From contig CM106585.1 of assembly GCA_048013815.1 (NCBI GenBank), positions 14,136,001 to 14,200,000 on the forward strand: a stretch of DNA of 64,000 nt. The letters are read 5' to 3'. The notes below the pieces were generated by a model. It saw only the letters and a program-made list of their open reading frames with translations. It did no database searches and was not told the origin of the DNA. Both the position numbers and the translations under genes were made by a program. Position 1 is the first letter of the stretch. The number at the start of each line of letters is the position of its first letter. This stretch comes from Setoptus koraiensis (Eukaryota; Animalia; Arthropoda). Shown here piece after piece: positions 49,580 through 61,344 of this stretch.

Positions 49580-49869
49580 TCACTTTTTCAGGTAGTAACC
49601 TGGGTAGGCAGCAGCGTATCCGTATGATGGGTATGCTGCGTATCCATAACCAGCTGAGTATGCTGGGTAGGCACCTCCGTAGTAATACTGGGCGGTGGCG
49701 ACGGCGGCGAAGGTGGCGAGGACGGCCAACAAGATCTGCGTGAATTACGGTACAAATGGTTTGTTAGTTGTTGAACATTTGCATAACTTTGTAACATTAA
49801 CGTTTATATTTGTCACAGTCTCCAAGATAGAGGGAGCTGTGGTGATATACTTACGATTACTTTAAACAT
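49580..49869 (-). CDS. Secreted Tyr/Gly/Ala-rich cuticle-type micro-protein, 56 aa, copy 2
   Basis: Exons 49855-49869 and 49580-49735; intron 49736-49854 (119 nt). Same protein as copy 1 (one synonymous GCC/GCT change seen); AATAAA on the minus strand at 49419-49424. Confidence 0.88.
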
Positions 49870-49998
49870 TTTCGGTTGTTTGTATTTGGTTTTGGTTTGT
49901 TTTGCTGTAATAGCGAAAGTTGTTTGTTTGAGTTTGATGTTTGTTGGTTTGAGAATTACTCGAGAGTGTTTGATGCTTATTCTGACAAAATCGCCTCC

Positions 49999-50006
49999 TT
50001 TATATA
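49999..50006 (-). promoter_or_regulatory. TATA box, right palindromic gene
   Basis: TTTATATA on the plus strand reads TATATAAA on the minus strand, mirroring 47530-47537. Confidence 0.7.
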
Positions 50007-50928
50007 GTCGTGGTGGCACGACTCAAACAGTGTTGCACGCATTACTCTGCAGGAATTCGCTAAGGAATCTACACAAATCTCACGACGGTGCACCCACAAA
50101 GCCGAGTAGACAAGCTAATTAGAGGCGTGACTCGGCAAGGCGTAAATTCTTGGGCGCCCCCTCTGTTTACGCTGCATACTAGCATCTGTAGTTGCAGCAG
50201 GTCAGTTGATATTAATATTCAACAACAATCGAGCTAAGAAATGAATATGATTTGTTGCGAGATGCGATGTGTGAATTACAGCGGGTTAGAGGTTAGCTAC
50301 AACAACAACAACAATAACAGCAACAACAACAACAACAACAACAACAAGGTTTGGTTTCGCAACATCATTTGCTTATCGCGTCAATGGAACGAGCGATTAG
50401 GAGGTTGTCGTCATTGCTGCTGCCGCTGTTGTTTAATCTATCAAGCCGACAGGTGAGTGAAAGCTAGTAATTGTTGCAATAGGTGGCAAGACAGATTGTG
50501 TTGCTCAAGCATGATGCTCGGCGGTTGTTAGAGTCAAGTTCAATGTCGGCGATTTCAACAATGCACGTATCATAGATACATACCCGTATACATATAATGT
50601 AATTACCGATTATTTTATTTGGTTGCACGTGCAAGTCTTTTTTCTATTTGCCGTCATGGTGAACTTCTTTAGTGCGGCACTATTCAAATACTCATTATGA
50701 TCCCAGTATGAACACTAGCCAGACATATCAACCTGTTTTGAATAACTTTCGCTACCCTATCACGCTATCAATCCGAAAATAAATTAATTATCATCTCGTG
50801 CGTCGTTGGCGCAACAACGCCGTCCTTAAAAATGAGGCAATACAACGAGATCTATAATTAATTTTGAATTTATCTACCCAGTTTTTATCCGCCTTGAGCC
50901 ATACATCAAACTGTGCGTGCCGCAAGAG

Positions 50929-52090
50929 TTATTTGATTCTCATCAGCCCAGCTAGCTGATGATGATCCCCAGGAGTGGAGCCGGTCGAATATCGAGTTGA
51001 TATTTGCCATGTTCTCTTCATGTATGTATTCAATAGTCTATCCACATATGGTATTTTTATATTCACCCGGAAAGGACTGAGTCTATCGATTGAATTGCCA
51101 GCAACAAGACCTATCTTTTTCTTTGCACAGTCAATTTGTTTGTGTTCGGTCGTATGTTGACTGTCGATCGTCGTGCCGAGAAGCAGATTGTAAATACCCC
51201 CAGCAGCGAACGTAATGCATTGGGATGGAAAAGCGGGTCGATAGAATAGAAGTTATGGGTGTTTGTAGCGACCGGATCACGACTACCAATGATGCCGAAC
51301 ACCGAGCCGATTTTTATTCCAAGGTGAGGATTCGCGTCGCGAATAAAATAGTTCTCAACGAGACGTAAACTAGTTTTAACAGGCAGACATGTGTTGGGTC
51401 GGCAAGTCGAAGATCGGTGATGCCCCAAATTTGGATATGTATCGATTGGCTCAATCAATGACGGCCGGTCAAGATATAATGTGCTATGTGTTGTATCTAA
51501 TTAGCGAGAAAGTTTGTTAATCATCATATAGCATCAAAAACTTGAATTTCCACCGTATTGGGTGATGACATATTTACCAGATAGATATAGACACTTACTA
51601 GATATGTTGATGTTACTGGTACAGAGATCGATTGATAACTGACTAGTCTCCATCATAATGATACTGTCATTGGTCATTTGTGGGTTATATTTATTTCGTG
51701 GATCTGCCACCAGGGCCGCGGGTACAGGAGGCGTGGCACGAGAAGGTGGCAACGTGCGGTCTGTGATGCCGTTTGGGCATCACAAAATGGATCTGCAACA
51801 GTATTGAGAGTGTCAGTTGAAAATGACCACGACAGAATCCGTGAGGTTGCACTCGTTTTATCGAAACAATCACTTCACCGACCGCTCACTTCACCAAATC
51901 CCGCCACGCGCATTCGTTCGGTTCGGCCGACTGTGCACGTTGTTAGTGTGCGCGTTACTGTGCTTGTTGCACATTTCGAACAGTTGACAGAAGTTTGAAT
52001 TTCAACGGTCAAATTGAAAACACTGCCCTCAACTGTACGTGCCAACGTGCGCTCTATACTGTTGATATGTAGTGTATCATCCAATCGCAT
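50929..52090 (-). other. Candidate multi-exon gene or pseudogene, head-to-head with PRC1
   Basis: Chain of minus-strand ORFs (51875-52090, 51534-51752, 51111-51458, and a frame ending at 50929). One phase-compatible 102-nt intron at 51497-51598 (GTAAGT..ATTAG). Full structure and family unresolved. Confidence 0.3.
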
Positions 52091-52205
52091 TGTCGTACCA
52101 TACTAGTGTTTTTAATCATTTTATTTTATTATATTATACTATTTATTGATTTCATTTTCATTTATCATCATCATCATAATCTCATTATATCTTAATAACG
52201 TCATC

Positions 52206-54047
52206 ATGTCATCACTGCCGCGTGCATCCGAGATTACAATGGATGAGAATGCAGCGGGCGAGAATACATTGGCTTATCTGGACGACAATCTGGAAACAAC
52301 TTTAGACGAGACCAGTTGCTCCTCGGAAGTGGCCGCGCTCATTGCCAAAGACCTGGCCGACAGAGGAGAGCGGGTCTTCACGAACGCCATTAAAAATCAC
52401 ACCACTATGGGATGGCCCACTGCAAGATGTGAGAAGCAGCTCAAGTACTTGGTCGAATACATACATAGCTGCTATGACGAAATTGAACGTTACGAAGCCC
52501 ACCATCTGAAAAAATTGTGCGACTACAAGACAGTGCTTCTAGAAGAAGTTCAAAAGATGCTGTCCGATCTACATTTACCCCAATACGAACCCGATGATAA
52601 TCAGACTTTGTTCCATTTCGTAAAATGTCTCAAACAAAAACACACCGAGTTGGGATTAGTCAAGAAAGAGCGTATGGACAGACTGGCTGTTTTAAAAGAC
52701 CGACTAAAGGCACATTGTAAATTACTCGAGATACAGGTGAAACCTGTCGATCTGCAAACTGATATACCCAGCGAAACAGAATTGATGAATTTACAGACTG
52801 CCGTTAGTGATATGGAAAAAGAGATCAAACGAAGGCGAGACAAACTTGCTTGTCTTAAAGACATGATCAGCACACTTATGGGACAGTTAGAATGGCAACC
52901 TCGCAATGACTTTGAAAGACATGTTCTACAAGATCATCCGCGAAACGAGTCCACGCATCGACCATTATCAGAGGAGTATCTCAAGAAAATGCAAATCTTC
53001 CACAAAGAAATGGAGGATCAATATGCCAAAAATCAAAAAGAATTTGAGCTTCTCGACTTTCAAATTAAAGCTTTATACAGTCGTCTAGATACACCTGAAG
53101 AGGAGCAGAGAAAGTTCTTATCTACGCATTTTGATTGTAAGCCATCAATACTGAATGAAATGAAAGAGGAGATAACTAAATATGAGCTATTGAAAAAACA
53201 AAACATTGGTAAATTCATTGATAAGATACGGGCTGAATTAAGTATGGAATACGATAAATGTTTCATAGCTCAAACAGATCGACCTCAATTCACTCAAGCA
53301 ACACCAGATGAAACTGACTTCAGTGAAGAAATGTTAGAATTACATGAAAAAGAGTTGGATCGTATCCGAAGTTACTATGCTGCAAATAAATCAATTTTGG
53401 AGAAATTCCAAAAATGGCAGGAAATGTGGTTGAAATTGATCGATTTCGAAACCAAAGCCAATGATCCGAATCGATTTAATAACAGAGGAGGGCAACTATT
53501 GCAAGAGGAACGTCAGAGAAAAGCGCTACAAAAAGGCCTACCTAAAGTTGAGGCCGAACTTACGAATCTCTGCGCTAAATGGGAGCAGGATAACCCAGGA
53601 AAGAGATTTAGAATTTTCGACTCTGATTTGAACACATTCATTGCCGGTTGCTGGGCTGAATTGCACGAGGCCAAAGAATCTGAAAAGCGCGAACGGCTAA
53701 GGGTTAGGAATGTAGCCGCTAGTGGTAGCCAACGAGGTAAGAAACCTGTCCCAGCGCTTCAGCAATCCACTATTGTCACAAGGAGAACACCAGTGAAACG
53801 CATTGCCGGCATGATGATCACTCCTACCCCAACGAAAATTCAGTGCAGAGGGACACCAGCTTCGTCTCACAAATCCCGCAGCATAGTCAGTGGCATAGAT
53901 TCTAGTGCTAGAAAAGGATTGGCTCCCGTAATCACATCGAATGCAAAAAATGGTTTACCAACTACGTTCATAAACAATTCATTAAGTTTGAATGAGGAAG
54001 AATTCGAGAATGCCATCCAGTCTTGCCATACTTCCGCCAGAAGATGA
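52206..54047 (+). CDS. PRC1: Protein regulator of cytokinesis 1 / fascetto (MAP65/Ase1 family), 613 aa, intronless
   Basis: ATG at 52206. Motifs NIGKFIDKIRAEL...DKCF, EEMLELHEKELDRIRSYY, KWQEMW, KANDPNRFNNRGGQLLQEERQRKALQKGLPKVEAEL; basic C-tail with TP sites. Confidence 0.93.
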   Translation: MSSLPRASEITMDENAAGENTLAYLDDNLETTLDETSCSSEVAALIAKDLADRGERVFTNAIKNHTTMGWPTARCEKQLKYLVEYIHSCYDEIERYEAHHLKKLCDYKTVLLEEVQKMLSDLHLPQYEPDDNQTLFHFVKCLKQKHTELGLVKKERMDRLAVLKDRLKAHCKLLEIQVKPVDLQTDIPSETELMNLQTAVSDMEKEIKRRRDKLACLKDMISTLMGQLEWQPRNDFERHVLQDHPRNESTHRPLSEEYLKKMQIFHKEMEDQYAKNQKEFELLDFQIKALYSRLDTPEEEQRKFLSTHFDCKPSILNEMKEEITKYELLKKQNIGKFIDKIRAELSMEYDKCFIAQTDRPQFTQATPDETDFSEEMLELHEKELDRIRSYYAANKSILEKFQKWQEMWLKLIDFETKANDPNRFNNRGGQLLQEERQRKALQKGLPKVEAELTNLCAKWEQDNPGKRFRIFDSDLNTFIAGCWAELHEAKESEKRERLRVRNVAASGSQRGKKPVPALQQSTIVTRRTPVKRIAGMMITPTPTKIQCRGTPASSHKSRSIVSGIDSSARKGLAPVITSNAKNGLPTTFINNSLSLNEEEFENAIQSCHTSARR

Positions 54048-54680
54048 GCTCATATGTCGTTCCAATGTTGACATGATTAAGCACACCGGTACATATTTAG
54101 CCTGACAAGTAACTGATGCCGTCTTTTACAAAGCCACAAGTTTTGATCCATTATAGATGATCAGTTGAGGATCCATCTTTAAACACTCATAGACTATTAT
54201 CGAGATTGAAACTCAAACAAAAATATAAAAGCTAAATAAAACTACAAGTTTTTGAAATTTTCCCTTTTAGTCCAACAACTTTATTTCTTCTTGATTAGAG
54301 GCCTATTGTTGTTATTGTAGTTGTTCTATGAAAGCTTAATTAGTGTCCTATTCTAATGAGTTCGAGTCAATGGAATTGGAAAAATGCCGGTAGGATGTGT
54401 CTGGCCGCCCTTCCGAAAGAACAGTTACTTCAGCTGTTGTTAGTGTAATATTAATATATCGTCTGTGTGTGATAATAGGTCAAGTCTCACAAAAAAACTA
54501 AGTGTTATAATTATGTGCTTAATATATATACAGTGATATATATATATATATATATATGTATGTTGAGACATAGTTTTGCCGTCACTAGTGATAGACTCAA
54601 CTACTACTACCACTACTATTTCTACTTTTACTTGATCTGGCTGACCAGCAATACCAATAATGATGATCGATATAGTTGTA

Positions 54681-56364
54681 TCATTGGTGAATTTGCGAGC
54701 CACGATAATTGGCACGAGGAATATGGAAATATTTGAGAGCTATATCATTGGCGGGCGATCCATTGTGTTGTTTGTCTGCTAAAGAGTGACGTAAGGTCGA
54801 TTGATTTACCATAATACGATCATCATCATCTATGACCGCGCAGCGGCGTGAACTTATTACTTTTTGTTTCTCATAGTAATGAGAGTCTTTAAAGCGATTC
54901 AGGTAGACTATCACAACAAAGGTGGTTATCAAAAACGACAACACAACACTAGAGGCAACATCTTCCCAATGATGGTAACGTAACTTAACCAACTGAATGT
55001 CAAATAGAGCACCAGCCATTATTACGAGGAAAACAACGACACAGGTGAGCATCCGGAATGGTCTCGCTGTACCGACATAGCTTAAGTAGTAGGCCAAAAA
55101 GATGGCATAGTAGCTCATTAGTGAGGCAGTTAGTGATGGCCACGAGGCAGCCAAATGTTTTCTTGCTAGTTCTTGGGTCAGTATTGGGCTGCTCTTGCAT
55201 ATATCGTCCAACTGCTTGTCCAGCAGAGAAACCCAAATATGGGGATAGAGACGACTGGTGTCCGATTGGATCAGATCCCTCTTGACAATGGCGGGTACAG
55301 GGCCCGAGGCGTTTGTAAGTGATGCTGCAACGGCCTGATTGATGGCCGACAAAGTCACGCTTGATTGGTCTTCTACGCTGTTAACCAGTGATTGGGGAGC
55401 TAGTGTCGGTTCACCTGATGAGATCACTGTTGTCTGACACTGCGAATAAGCCTCTGGGCACACTGAAGCAAAATAGGGTCGCAGTCTACCTGTTGTCCTG
55501 CTGAGCAAATCGGTGGCGATGAATACAAGGAGAAATCCTAGCAGGTAGGCACCTAGAGATACAACAAAATGTTGACAGGTTAGTGCGATCGTTCGTGGCT
55601 TGAACATTGGTTACCAGTACAGTGATTATAACATTTTACATAGATGTAGTCTTACCTGTTATTCTCAGAGTTCTTCTAGTGATTGAGTGTAGCTTGCAAC
55701 AGGCGCACGCCGAGCGAATCTTTCTGAATTTCAACGCTCCAAACATAGAGTTTACCAATTCGCAGAATATGATCTAATTATAAAACAAGGGTGACATAAG
55801 TATAGATATTCATAGTGTATGTTTGTGAGTTTCATGTGCAAAAGAAAATAAAGCAAGTTATTGGCAAAAAGTTGAAGAGAGCAAACTCACAATGGCCAAT
55901 GGCGAGAGCATTGAGATCAGAATGAACTGGAGCTCGGTGGGCCCATTCTCCAAGTTTCTCACCAGTTCATTTGTGTCTTGTGGTGGCTGGTATTTGTAGT
56001 CGTTGTCATCACAGTAGAAGCCCGTTATTCTTGGCTGAAAGTTAAGCTCATAATGATAGTAGTAGGCTCCGTAACCTAATCCCGCTAAAGCTAACACTTC
56101 CAATAGGAACACAGGTATTGAGTAGTAGTCCAGTTTGTATTTTCTATCGCCTCTGCTGGTCTCCATTTGTCTGGTTGGCGATGGAGTGGATGAGCCCGGA
56201 TCTAAATTAGGTTGAGAGGATGAATGCAAGTCTAAGTGGAATGTGTCATTAGATGCGTGCCGTGAGCCTAGTCTATTCACCCCATAAGCTATGGCTCTTG
56301 GAGTATTATTTGGCGAGCTATTGATTGCGTTTTCACCTGTGTCTCTATCGTAGTCGTTCATCAT
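54681..56364 (-). CDS. PAP2-superfamily lipid phosphate phosphatase-related membrane protein (wunen/PLPP/PLPPR-like), probably inactive, at least 487 aa
   Basis: Exons 55891-56364 (possibly from 56401), 55656-55773 and 54681-55552; introns of 117 and 103 nt, GT-AG and phase-consistent. Motifs GFYCDDNDYKY, TDLL..TTGRLRPYF..VC and HHWEDV; six TM-like segments. Confidence 0.85.
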
Positions 56365-59196
56365 TGTGACGGCAATGTCTGATTTTCTTCTGACCAATGT
56401 CCTATGTCTTAATCTATATGTTTGTCCAATTTATGTATCCGGTTATTTTGTCTCGTTGTTGTTGTTGTTGTTGTTGTTGTTATTTGTTGTCAACTTTGTA
56501 ATTTTACGATAATTAAATAATATATAATAATTTGGTAATAATTATAATTATTAATCATTGATCTGGCGTAAACTGTTATAATTGAACTTGTAAGTATGGT
56601 GTTTGGCGTGATTTAAACATTTACTCCAGAGTGAGTCTAGCGTGAAAGTGTTGCGTTCTTCTAGCCGAGGGGCGTAAATAAGCAAACAATTGTTGAAATT
56701 ATTGTCTCAATTATTGTCGTTCTAGGTGTAGCAGCACATGTAATTGATTGCTTGCTCCAATCGATTGGCGATATTCGTGGTGCGTCTCGATGTATTCAAT
56801 AGGTGTATAGGAATGGATGAACGACGCGACAGACAGACTTACACAAAATAGTCACTACTTACTTTCACGTGTAACGTTTCACGGGTAGAAGCAACAACAA
56901 CAGCAGCAGCACTTTCGATTAAGAATCAGTTGATGATGCCGGATTAGACGAGACTATTTGTGCCAATATTTGGTGTTCATTTATTCGTCATTGATCGTCG
57001 TGGTGAAAACATTCTCATTGAATTGATTGACAAAATGCTGCTCGGGACAGGAAACATCAATGAGTAGCGTGAGATTGATTATTTATTATTGTGAGTAGCG
57101 CTACCACGTTAGACGCCACTTTTGATTATAATTTTGATAATCTGTTTTTATGTTTGTTCACTGTTTGCGGTTAATGCTGTAGCTGCTGCTCACCAAAATG
57201 CCACAACAATCTATTGTTTATACCCTGGACGGCAGCAAGGATTGAATAAAAAGTCACTAAACAATGTTATTTGAGACTAATCAATGTCGCTGCTTTATTA
57301 TCACTGCTAAAGATTCAAAATCTACCTAGTGTCGGCTGTGGTTGTTGTTGCGAGCTCACCAATGGACTAGTAAGCCATTAAATGTGCTAGTACATCTTGT
57401 CTAATTAATGATAATTATGTGTGCGTGTGAGTGTGTCTGCTTGAATGATGATATCCATATATATCAAATTATTCCTATATATCAAATTTGCAACGATATA
57501 TTTATATTTATATTTTGTGGCGCGCCAATCGGTATACACATTTCGCTATCACAGTGATGATGGTGAACGGGCCCAATCTCAGCCGAGACAATAACCATGA
57601 TCAAAATGATTATAATTTCTCTATCATAAGACAATGCTGACACAATATTGTCATTGCAAGCGGTTAGCAATTAGTGCTCATGACTACAATCGGCTGCAAT
57701 CAATCAAACGATCATGATGATAATTATTATTGTATGCCGGTTGTTTTATCTGGTTTGGCCTCTGCCTCGGCACACTAGGCGCCACATTTTGATTGACAAC
57801 AATGTGGGCTGGGGTGTATCAATCGATAAGTTATGACAAATCAAAGCTTATCGCATCAGCGTGTCGTATCAGCAATCTTGTGTCAGCTAGCAATTTCATT
57901 TACTAATGAGCCTACCTAGATTAGATCATACAGACTGCTAGCTGGCAATTGTGCGATACATTGAACGATAGATAGCGAGATCAAACAAACAGCGCTTGTC
58001 AGAGTTGCTCTCGATTTTTCCTCAATCAGACCATTCTAATAATTGTGCCTATGCCCACAATTCACAATTGTCAGCCCAGTAACTGAAGTGGTTGACTATG
58101 AATAAATATTACAATTGATGCCAATAATAACAGCAAATTATAATACAAATTTGATTAGTCTGTGCTCGTTGCATCTGATTACTGACGCAATGTGGAACAA
58201 ACTGTTAACAATAGAATGGAAACTGATTTCACTGGTACAACAATCAACTTTCCTTCTCTCTCTATTTCACATGTACACCAGTGCTGGGGCCACATTAGTC
58301 ACAATGTCGCAAGCACATGATGATTTGATAAATTCAATGCGTCTCACAATGAATATATTCAGTTGTTCAATAATACTGTGATTCGAACTCAAACTTTGTT
58401 CATCAGTGCTTTTGGCAACGGGCTGTTTCGTACCCCTTCGATACCAAAACAGATTTTGCTGATATACAATAACGTGAACATACAAACAACAACAACAACA
58501 ACAACACTACGCTATCATACAATCCGCCTTTACTGATTCATACAAAATATTACGATACCTGCCAATCGAACACACTGACAGATCTAGCATGAGAAATATT
58601 ATTTCATTGCAGTTATCATCACAAATATATTCGCTTTGAAAACAATGTTGTTGAGCTATAGCCGTACTAGTAGTCTGTCAGTCAGATCAGGTAAAGTAAT
58701 AATCAGACACGATATGTATCGTGGTGTATTGACTGCACACAGGTAGCTCACATTACTTTAATTATTGCACTTTGAACATGACTGAATGTCAGACACAACA
58801 ACGTTTAACTTGCACCAAAAGCTTTCTTCTTCATTTAAACTAGTATTAGGCTAGTATCAATGGGCGACTCAGCAAGCTCGTCGATCAGTTCAAAAACTAG
58901 GCAGCCGAGGCAACTGTGAGAAATGATACAAACAACAACAACAACACGTCGTTCGGCTAACTAATCATACACTGACGGCTACAATGTTGAAAGTACTGGC
59001 GACCAAAGTCGCCTCAGGAATAAAACTAAATGGAATGAATTTGCCTATTTCTTTTTCGATTCTATTTCGAGCACGAGCTGAATATGGAACATGGTCGAGC
59101 GACTTGAGGTTACGTTATTTTGTACCACGTAATCTGTTGCAATTGTGTTGCTGTAGTATGCTTGCTGTTGTATGACTGTTGTCAATGGTAACTCAC

Positions 59197-59414
59197 CTTT
59201 GCTTATGGCTGCTTCCGGTTTGTTCTTTTTTCTCCTTTTCTTTCTGTCTGATCCCATGTTCGTTGTTGTGGCTCGCAGAACAAGTGACCACTCTTGTTTG
59301 CGTTGATGTTGGTGTGGGTGTCTTTGCGTCAATTAAAAAACTATATAATGCATCAGCAACGGCAATGATATCGGTAGACGTTTCCGCGGCTCGTGATTTC
59401 AGAACAGAAGCTAG
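59197..59414 (-). CDS. Probable upstream exon of the PAP2-like gene
   Basis: TTTAG acceptor at 59415-59416 and AG|GTGAGT donor at 59196. The 218-nt exon is open throughout and ends in phase 2, matching the acceptor CATAG|G at 56402 in frame with the PAP2 ORF (about 2.8-kb intron). It could be coding or UTR. Confidence 0.45.
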
Positions 59415-60382
59415 CTAAATTTATCACTTGTTGTTGGACTTGTTAACAGTGTCGCTGTCATTGGCATTAACAGACATAACAACACTGTTAAACTGATATT
59501 ATTATTATATTATATAATTAGAATGGTGTGCAGCTAAAGCAAACGCAATTTACAACTTGTAATGTGTGCTTGCATGTGAAATGTTGTTATATACTGATGT
59601 TTGTTGGAGTTAATGTATTAAAACTAAAACTGCATTGGATAAGAGCAAAAAACTTTAAGCTTCACTTGTAGAGTTTGCATCAGTATTAGTGTGAGCAATA
59701 TTGATCCTCATAAAACGACGCTCCGACTGGATGTTTCGCATTTGACGATGATGTGTGTGTTAATGTAATCTGTCAATTGTTCAATTTGCCATGCTCACAC
59801 AATATGTTTATTTATTTATTTTTCTATAAGCTAGTTTGACAATAACGAATGACATGGGTGGGTGTTGGACAAATAACGACGACAACAACAACAGCAACGA
59901 CATGGACAGCAACGACAGTTTTATTGGCAACGACGATGATGGTGATGGTGATGGCGACAAGTTGACTTGATTGAGGGCGACACACACATACATGCAATAA
60001 TGATAATCAATAGCATTACCATTATTATTGTTAATTAATTTTAACTTTACACTACATCGTCATCGTCGTCGTAGCCGATGTGTAACGCGCCTAATGTCGC
60101 TGTTGTCAATAGTTAATCGAGCAACAGGTTGTGGCTTGATCTATCTTGGAAACTACCAACGCCGCCACTCTAATGAACTCCGCCACAAACAAGCTAGAAC
60201 AACAATTTTGAGTTTGCATTCTAAGCTCATTGTAATCCTAGGCGCTCGAAATAATCCGAACAATGGCCACCAGATAAACGGCCTCGCCACTTTTGCGCAC
60301 TCTACTACATTAGCCAGCTCATTTCTAGCGCCAACAACATTTATGCTCTCGCCAACTGTCAAATGTTTGCTCATGTTGTTGT

Positions 60383-60416
<34 letters not shown>

Positions 60417-61344
60417 GTTGCTGCTGCTGTTGTTGTTGGTGGTGTCGCAGTGAAACAGATAGCTCTGTCTAAATTTCATTCAAATCGCCACAATTGATCC
60501 CAACAACACCGGAGTGTGTATCAAGTAATTGGAGCTATCTGCATGCTCCCAAAGGATGTCTCTTTCTCTGTCTATGACTACTGCTCACAGTTAGCTGTTC
60601 GCCAACAACAAGCAGTTTGATATAGCTGTTGCCATATCGCACCGATTGAATAGCTAGCAAGCAGCAAGTGGCAGAGAATAAAGAATAATGCACAATGGAG
60701 TCCAGCAGATACATACACACACATTTGCATACAACAATAAATCCTTTGTTATATATATATATATATATATATTATATTTCTGACCACTTGCCAGGGGTGT
60801 GGCCTCTCGATTTAGTTGTGATATCTTTTGTTGTGATATATCTAGCTTTAATTTCGTCATTACAAACAGCAAAAGATAACCACAGATCATCACTAGCACT
60901 ACTCCACTGGCAGTAGCTGTTGCGCCAGTTTAACCAGAAAACCTCAGCCAAGAAGCAGTGGTAGTCTGCTATCTTGTTGATGGGACACTTGTTGAACTAC
61001 ACACCTTTTTAGTACCAAACACAGTTATAATAAAATTCTTTTGTTCCTGACCAGTCGAGACAAGTCAGCAGATAATAAGTGCTGTTGCTCCTTTTATTCA
61101 TATAGTTTCTCAGGTGTCACTGGTGAAAGTGAGCGCCCACACTGTCGATACCGTGTAGCTCATTTGCCCTCGTGACACCGTGCACTTAACATAAAACTTA
61201 ACATAACAACAACAACAAGTAGTTACAACTATTACATAATACCCCAAGCTGGAATAAACAATCTTGAGATATAAGTTATATATCAGATAATTATGGACCG
61301 CTACTGCTGCTGTTGCTGTTGTTTCTATTCCAAATGTCACTTTA

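Larger units (their letters stand above)
49321..50583. repeat. Right arm of the 3.6-kb inverted repeat
   Basis: Reverse complement of the left arm; unique spacer about 48353-49320. Confidence 0.95.

Noticed and set aside
46959-50583. Palindrome as a foldback/MULE transposon with long TIRs
   Set aside because: No target-site duplication, similarity decays gradually at the outer ends, no transposase in the spacer, and the arms consist of host-type genes.
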